DNA from: an uncultured bacterium
Lineage (GTDB): Bacteria > Auribacterota > JACPWU01
NCBI GenBank assembly: GCA_964640155.1
Contig: CAZXEQ010000006.1
Location: forward strand, 69,013-101,012
Reading direction: 5' to 3'
DNA: 32,000 nucleotides
The position numbers and the translations under genes are program-made. Shown piece by piece: positions 27,077-32,000 of this stretch; positions within the stretch are counted from its first letter, which is position 1; the number at the start of each line of letters is the position of its first letter. The notes under the pieces were generated by a model that was not told the origin of the DNA, ran no database searches, and saw nothing but the letters and a program-made list of their open reading frames with translations.

Positions 27077-27105
27077 TTGACGCTGAACCAGTCATATGCT
27101 AATTT
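27077..27105 (+). promoter_or_regulatory. possible sigma70 promoter of the sdh/frd operon (would give a near-leaderless mRNA)
   Basis: TTGACG (27077-82), a 17-nt spacer, then TAATTT (27100-05). The first ATG (27119) has no Shine-Dalgarno, which fits a very short leader. This reading competes with TTG 27077 being a start codon. Confidence 0.3.
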
Positions 27106-27118
27106 GATCACACTTTTT

Positions 27119-27847
27119 ATGGAAATTTCCCAAACACAAAAAATAACATCTCTTAGTTTACGTAAAGACAAATGGTGGCTAGAGCCTCTATTGTCCGCCT
27201 CAGCTATTTTGATTTTTGTTGTCTATTCCACATGGGCTGCTTTTCAGGGAAAACACTATGGATTTCAAAACTATCATTCTCCTTTTTCCTGGCCCATTCA
27301 TCCAAATTGGTGGCCTTTTTCGCCCGCATTTTTAACGATCTGGGCACCTTTAGGCTTTCGAGGCACTTGTTATTATGTACGTCGCGTTTATTATCGAACA
27401 TTTTTTAGAGATCCCATCTCTTGTGCTATTCCTGAATCTAGAGAATCTTACAATGGAGAAACACAAATTCCTTTCGTTTGGCAAAACCTTCATCGCTTTT
27501 TTCTTTATGTCACTTTGATAGAACTTGGCATGCTTTGGTTTGATGCGATTCATGGTTTTATTTTCAATGGCCGACTCGGCCTCGGCATTGGTTCTTTTGT
27601 TTTATTAATCAATGCAACGCTTCTTTCCCTTTATACTTTTTCATGTCACGCCTTTCGCCATTTGGTAGGTGGAAATTTAGACTGTTTCTCAAAATGTCCT
27701 AAGCGACATTGGCTTTGGAAAAAAGTGAGTCGTATTAATGAAGACCATGGCCTATGGATGTGGGTCAGTTTAGGATGGGTAGGATTTTCAGATTTATATG
27801 TACGATTATTAAGTATGGGAATTATTAAAGATTTTCGATTCTTCTAA
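27119..27847 (+). CDS. non-canonical membrane anchor subunit of succinate dehydrogenase/fumarate reductase
   Basis: Polytopic membrane protein immediately upstream of sdhA (7-nt gap). Trp/aromatic-rich motifs 'KWWLEPLL' and 'HPNWWPFSP' are present, plus a Cys/His cluster 'SCHAFRH-x7-CFSKCPKRH'. It does not resemble the classical SdhC/SdhD or b558 anchors I know. The start is uncertain (ATG 27119 vs TTG 27077). Confidence 0.6.
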   Translation: MEISQTQKITSLSLRKDKWWLEPLLSASAILIFVVYSTWAAFQGKHYGFQNYHSPFSWPIHPNWWPFSPAFLTIWAPLGFRGTCYYVRRVYYRTFFRDPISCAIPESRESYNGETQIPFVWQNLHRFFLYVTLIELGMLWFDAIHGFIFNGRLGLGIGSFVLLINATLLSLYTFSCHAFRHLVGGNLDCFSKCPKRHWLWKKVSRINEDHGLWMWVSLGWVGFSDLYVRLLSMGIIKDFRFF

Positions 27848-27854
27848 AGGATAT

Positions 27855-29663
27855 ATGACAAATTACGAGACACATGAACATGATGTCATCATTATTGGAG
27901 CGGGTGGCGCAGGCTTAAGAGCTGCCATCGAAGCTTCTGCACAAGGCCTGAGTGTCGCAGTCATCTGTAAATCTCTTTTAGGGAAAGCCCATACCGTCAT
28001 GGCTGAAGGTGGTATTGCCGCTGCGATGGGGAATGTTTATCCAGAAGATAATTGGAAAGTCCATTTTCGAGATACCATGCGAGGCGGAAAAATGCTCAAC
28101 AATTGGCGCATGGCTCAGATTCATGCCATGGAATCCCCCGATCGCGTCAAAGAATTAGAAGGCTGGGGTGCTCTTTTTGACAGAACCAAAGATGGAAAAA
28201 TTCTTCAAAGAGATTTTGGTGGTCATCGCTACGCTCGTCTCGCTCATGTCGGAGACAGAACTGGTTTAGAAATTATTCGTACACTTCAATATCATGGCAT
28301 TCATCAAGGCATTGATGTCTATATGGAATGCACCATCACTCGCCTTTTAAAAGATGGAGATCGGGTATGCGGTGCTTTTGGATATTGGAGGGAAACAGGA
28401 AAATTTGTGGTTTTTAAAGCCAAGGCTGTGATTATTGCAACCGGTGGCATTGGCAAATGCTGGTCCATCACTTCCAATTCATGGGAAGGCACAGGTGATG
28501 GGGTCATGCTTGCTTTAGATGCAGGAGCCTCCCTCATTGATATGGAATGTCAGCAATTTCATCCCACAGGAATGGTCTGGCCACCGAGCGTCAAAGGAAT
28601 TTTAGTTACAGAAGGTGTTCGTGGAGATGGTGGGACTTTGCGCAATAGCAAAGGTGAACGATTCATGTTTCGTTATATTCCAGAATATTTTAAAGCTGAA
28701 ACCGCCGATAATGAAGCCGAAGCAGATCGTTGGTACAAAGATAAGAAAAATAATCGCCGCACCCCTGATTTATTACCTCGTGATGAAGTTGCTCGAGCGA
28801 TTAATTCTGAAATCAAAGCAGGCCGAGGAAGTCCGCATGGCGGAGTTTTCTTAGATATTGCAACACGATGTGAAGCAGATTATATCAAACGTAGACTTCC
28901 TTCGATGTATCATCAATTTATGGAATTGGCCGGTGTCGATATTACTAAAGAAGCCATGGAAGTAGGCCCTACTGCTCATTATATGAATGGTGGAATTAGA
29001 GTCAACGCAGATACGGCCGCAACCGAAGTTCCTGGACTTTTTGCTGCGGGAGAAGTTGCGGGTGGCCTTCATGGTGCAAATCGCTTGGGAGGTAATTCCC
29101 TTTCTGATCTTTTGGTTTTTGGTCGACGTGCCGGTTTATATGCTGCTGAATATGTAAAAAAAGTTACAACTCCACTATCAGCAAGTTCTGATCAATTAGA
29201 AGCTTTAGCCACAAGCGCTTTAAAACCTTTTGAAGGAACTCAAGGCGAAAATCCTTATACCATTCATCAAGATCTTCAGAAAACCATGCAGTCTTTGGTT
29301 GGCATTATGCGTGTTGAAAGTGAATTAAAACAGGCTATTGAAGAAATTGAAAAATTAAAAAAACGCGCTGAAAAAGTTCATGTGGAGGGTCATCGTCAAT
29401 ATAATCCGGGTTGGCATATGGCCTTGGATTTATATTCTCTCTTAAATGTCTCCGAAGCGGTGGCCAAAGGAGCTCTGGAAAGAAAAGAATCTCGAGGTGG
29501 TCACGCCCGAGATGACTATCCTAAAATGGATACTCATTTTGGTAAAATCAATATTGTGATTCGAAAAAAAGGCAAAGACATCTCAACAACTCAAGAGCCT
29601 ACGTCGACTGTTCCTGATGAGTTAAAACAAATTTTAGAATCAGGACCGAAAACACAGGATTAA
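27855..29663 (+). CDS. sdhA: succinate dehydrogenase/fumarate reductase flavoprotein subunit
   Basis: 602 aa. 'DVIIIGAGGAGLRAA' is the FAD fold and 'QFHPTG' the covalent-FAD His motif. 'GLFAAGEVAGGLHGANRLGGNSL' and 'ESRGGHAR' are also present. Confidence 0.95.
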   Translation: MTNYETHEHDVIIIGAGGAGLRAAIEASAQGLSVAVICKSLLGKAHTVMAEGGIAAAMGNVYPEDNWKVHFRDTMRGGKMLNNWRMAQIHAMESPDRVKELEGWGALFDRTKDGKILQRDFGGHRYARLAHVGDRTGLEIIRTLQYHGIHQGIDVYMECTITRLLKDGDRVCGAFGYWRETGKFVVFKAKAVIIATGGIGKCWSITSNSWEGTGDGVMLALDAGASLIDMECQQFHPTGMVWPPSVKGILVTEGVRGDGGTLRNSKGERFMFRYIPEYFKAETADNEAEADRWYKDKKNNRRTPDLLPRDEVARAINSEIKAGRGSPHGGVFLDIATRCEADYIKRRLPSMYHQFMELAGVDITKEAMEVGPTAHYMNGGIRVNADTAATEVPGLFAAGEVAGGLHGANRLGGNSLSDLLVFGRRAGLYAAEYVKKVTTPLSASSDQLEALATSALKPFEGTQGENPYTIHQDLQKTMQSLVGIMRVESELKQAIEEIEKLKKRAEKVHVEGHRQYNPGWHMALDLYSLLNVSEAVAKGALERKESRGGHARDDYPKMDTHFGKINIVIRKKGKDISTTQEPTSTVPDELKQILESGPKTQD

Positions 29664-29665
29664 AA

Positions 29666-30451
29666 ATGTCAGAAATAACATTAAAAATTTATCGAGGTGA
29701 AAAAGGAACAGGAGAGTTCAAAGAATACCGTGTTCCACAAGATCCTGGCATGGTCGTGTTGGATGTTGTTCATCGTCTTCAAGCTACACAAGCACAAGAT
29801 CTAGCGGTTCGATGGAATTGCAAGGCAGGTAAATGTGGTTCCTGTAGTGCAGAAATTAATGGCGAACCCAGACTCATGTGCATGACTCGAATGGACGAGC
29901 TCCCCAAAGATAAACCCGTAACAATTTCACCCATGAGAGCTTTTCCTCATAAGCGAGATTTGGTTACTGATGTTTCTTATAATTATGTCGTTGCCAAAAA
30001 AATTCCGCCCTTGAAACTTCCACCTCCTGAAGCCGATGGAAGTTGGAGAATGCAACAAGAAGATGTTGAGCGTGCCCAAGAATTTCACAAATGTATTGAA
30101 TGTTTTCTTTGCCAAAATGTTTGTCATGTATTACGCGACCATGACAAAAAAGAAGTCTTCGCCGGACCTCGATTCCTCGTCAAAGTTGCTTCGCTCGAAA
30201 TGCATCCCTTAGATACAGCTTCTCGCACAAAATTTTTGAAAGAACAGGCTGGAATTGGATTTTGTAATATTACGAAATGCTGTACTGAAGTGTGTCCTGA
30301 AAATATCCACATTACCGACAATGCGATTATCCCTCTGAAAGAACGCGTTGCTGATGAATATTATGATCCGCTGAAAAAGCTGGTCAGAAAAATCAAGAAA
30401 GCTGTGACTGGTAATTCTGCACCAGAGGCGCATCCGCCTTTGGTGGAGTAG
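29666..30451 (+). CDS. sdhB: succinate dehydrogenase/fumarate reductase iron-sulfur subunit
   Basis: 261 aa with three cluster motifs: 'CKAGKCGSC...C' (2Fe-2S), 'CIECFLCQNVC' (4Fe-4S) and 'CNITKCCTEVCP' (3Fe-4S type). Confidence 0.95.
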   Translation: MSEITLKIYRGEKGTGEFKEYRVPQDPGMVVLDVVHRLQATQAQDLAVRWNCKAGKCGSCSAEINGEPRLMCMTRMDELPKDKPVTISPMRAFPHKRDLVTDVSYNYVVAKKIPPLKLPPPEADGSWRMQQEDVERAQEFHKCIECFLCQNVCHVLRDHDKKEVFAGPRFLVKVASLEMHPLDTASRTKFLKEQAGIGFCNITKCCTEVCPENIHITDNAIIPLKERVADEYYDPLKKLVRKIKKAVTGNSAPEAHPPLVE

Positions 30452-30474
30452 CTTATCGTTTATAACAAAAAACA

Positions 30475-30753
30475 TTACAATCGACTTTCTTCTTGATAAA
30501 TCTCTCGCCGATGGCCAATCCGAAGAATCAAAACAGTCTGATTTTCAATTTTATAAATCACACGATAATCCCCTACTCTTAATTTCCATAAACCTTTAAG
30601 TGTAAATCTTAGAGGCTCTCCAAACTCATGAGGTAATGTCATAAGCTTTTGCTCAATCGCTTTTCGAATTCTACTCTTGTCTGGAGAAGAAATTTTGAGG
30701 AGATCTTTAGAAGAAACATGAGGATGATAAATAACTTTGAAGGAAATGTTCAT
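30475..30753 (-). CDS. type II toxin, RelE/ParE family
   Basis: 92 aa. 'LWKLRVGDYRVIYKIENQTVLILRIGHRREIY' is the classic RelE/StbE C-terminal pattern. Confidence 0.85.
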   Translation of the reverse strand: MNISFKVIYHPHVSSKDLLKISSPDKSRIRKAIEQKLMTLPHEFGEPLRFTLKGLWKLRVGDYRVIYKIENQTVLILRIGHRREIYQEESRL

Positions 30754-30775
30754 TGTTTTATAAGTTTCAAAAAGC

Positions 30776-31009
30776 CTATTTACCCCAAACTTGACGATGA
30801 GACAATGATTTTTTCTTTGGGAAATCCTTCATGCGCCCTTCTGCTTCATGCGCCCAAAATATATCTTCATAAAGATTTAAAGACTCTCGGATCAAATCTC
30901 TCGCCATAAGGGACATTGAAACATGCTCTCTTTTAGAAAGATTCTGAACAGCCTTATAAACAGAAGGCTCTAAAACAACATTCAACCGTGGCAATTTTGT
31001 CGACATCAT
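30776..31009 (-). CDS. type II antitoxin, ribbon-helix-helix type
   Basis: 77 aa located 22 nt upstream of the toxin. 'RLNVVLEPSVYKAVQNLSKREHVSMSLMARDLIRESL' looks like a beta-strand plus two helices (RHH/CopG-like). Confidence 0.7.
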   Translation of the reverse strand: MMSTKLPRLNVVLEPSVYKAVQNLSKREHVSMSLMARDLIRESLNLYEDIFWAHEAEGRMKDFPKKKSLSHRQVWGK

Positions 31010-31030
31010 AACCTCTCTTATTGTAAAGTA

Positions 31031-31059
31031 AGTGTATCATAAGTGATGAACTATGTAAA
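31031..31059 (-). promoter_or_regulatory. candidate sigma70 promoter of the toxin-antitoxin operon
   Basis: On the minus strand: TTTACA (31059-31054), a 17-nt spacer, then TACACT (31036-31031). GAGAGG precedes the ATG at 31009. Confidence 0.5.
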
Positions 31060-31144
31060 GATCCTTGTAAAAGGAGCTTCTGACTTCTTATTTTATATTA
31101 ACACTCCACATGGCAAGGATTTGCCAGTTTATGGGATCCACACC

Positions 31145-32000
<856 letters not shown>

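Noticed and set aside
27077-27118. TTG 27077 as start of the SDH anchor gene
   Set aside because: The TTGACG there fits better as a -35 hexamer (17 nt to TAATTT). The added 14 residues are not hydrophobic or signal-like. This is uncertain, so the ATG at 27119 is preferred with only moderate confidence.

Overview
AT-rich (by eye about 38-40% GC, not computed), densely packed chromosomal segment from a diderm-type bacterium, judged from TolC, RND pumps, an ArnT-like GT39 and a periplasmic L,D-transpeptidase. I could not assign a taxon. I call 37 protein genes, 32 of them on the minus strand, many joined by 1-4 nt stop/start overlaps. In window order they are: a TIGR02757/DUF2400 protein, asd, a LeuB-family dehydrogenase, a NUDIX hydrolase, and accA. 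Next comes an envelope/lipid run (LysM-YkuD transpeptidase, pssA, psd, GT39, UPF0104 flippase-like protein) fused behind rpoZ-grpE. This is followed by an MBL hydrolase plus DUF1802, cydAB behind a ferritin-like gene, and a patch of uncharacterised genes. Then come an SRPBCC protein, a GIY-YIG protein, an MFS transporter, a rhodanese, and a marR-tolC-RND operon. The window ends with an FMN reductase, a three-gene succinate dehydrogenase/fumarate reductase operon with a non-canonical membrane anchor, a RelE/RHH toxin-antitoxin pair, and the 3' end of a CzcA/CusA-type pump with a coupled His/Cys-rich periplasmic protein. I saw no rRNA, tRNA, CRISPR array, IS element or recognisable defence island. 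The least explained signals are two locally GC-rich, multi-helix non-coding elements. One lies in the divergent leuB/NUDIX promoter region (3168-3260). The other splits cydA from cydB (13225-13363). Further oddities are an RND operon with no adaptor gene, a secreted Gly/Tyr/Arg/His low-complexity mini-protein, and the Cys/His cluster in the SDH anchor. All calls rest on reading the sequence and remembered family motifs. No searches were run.
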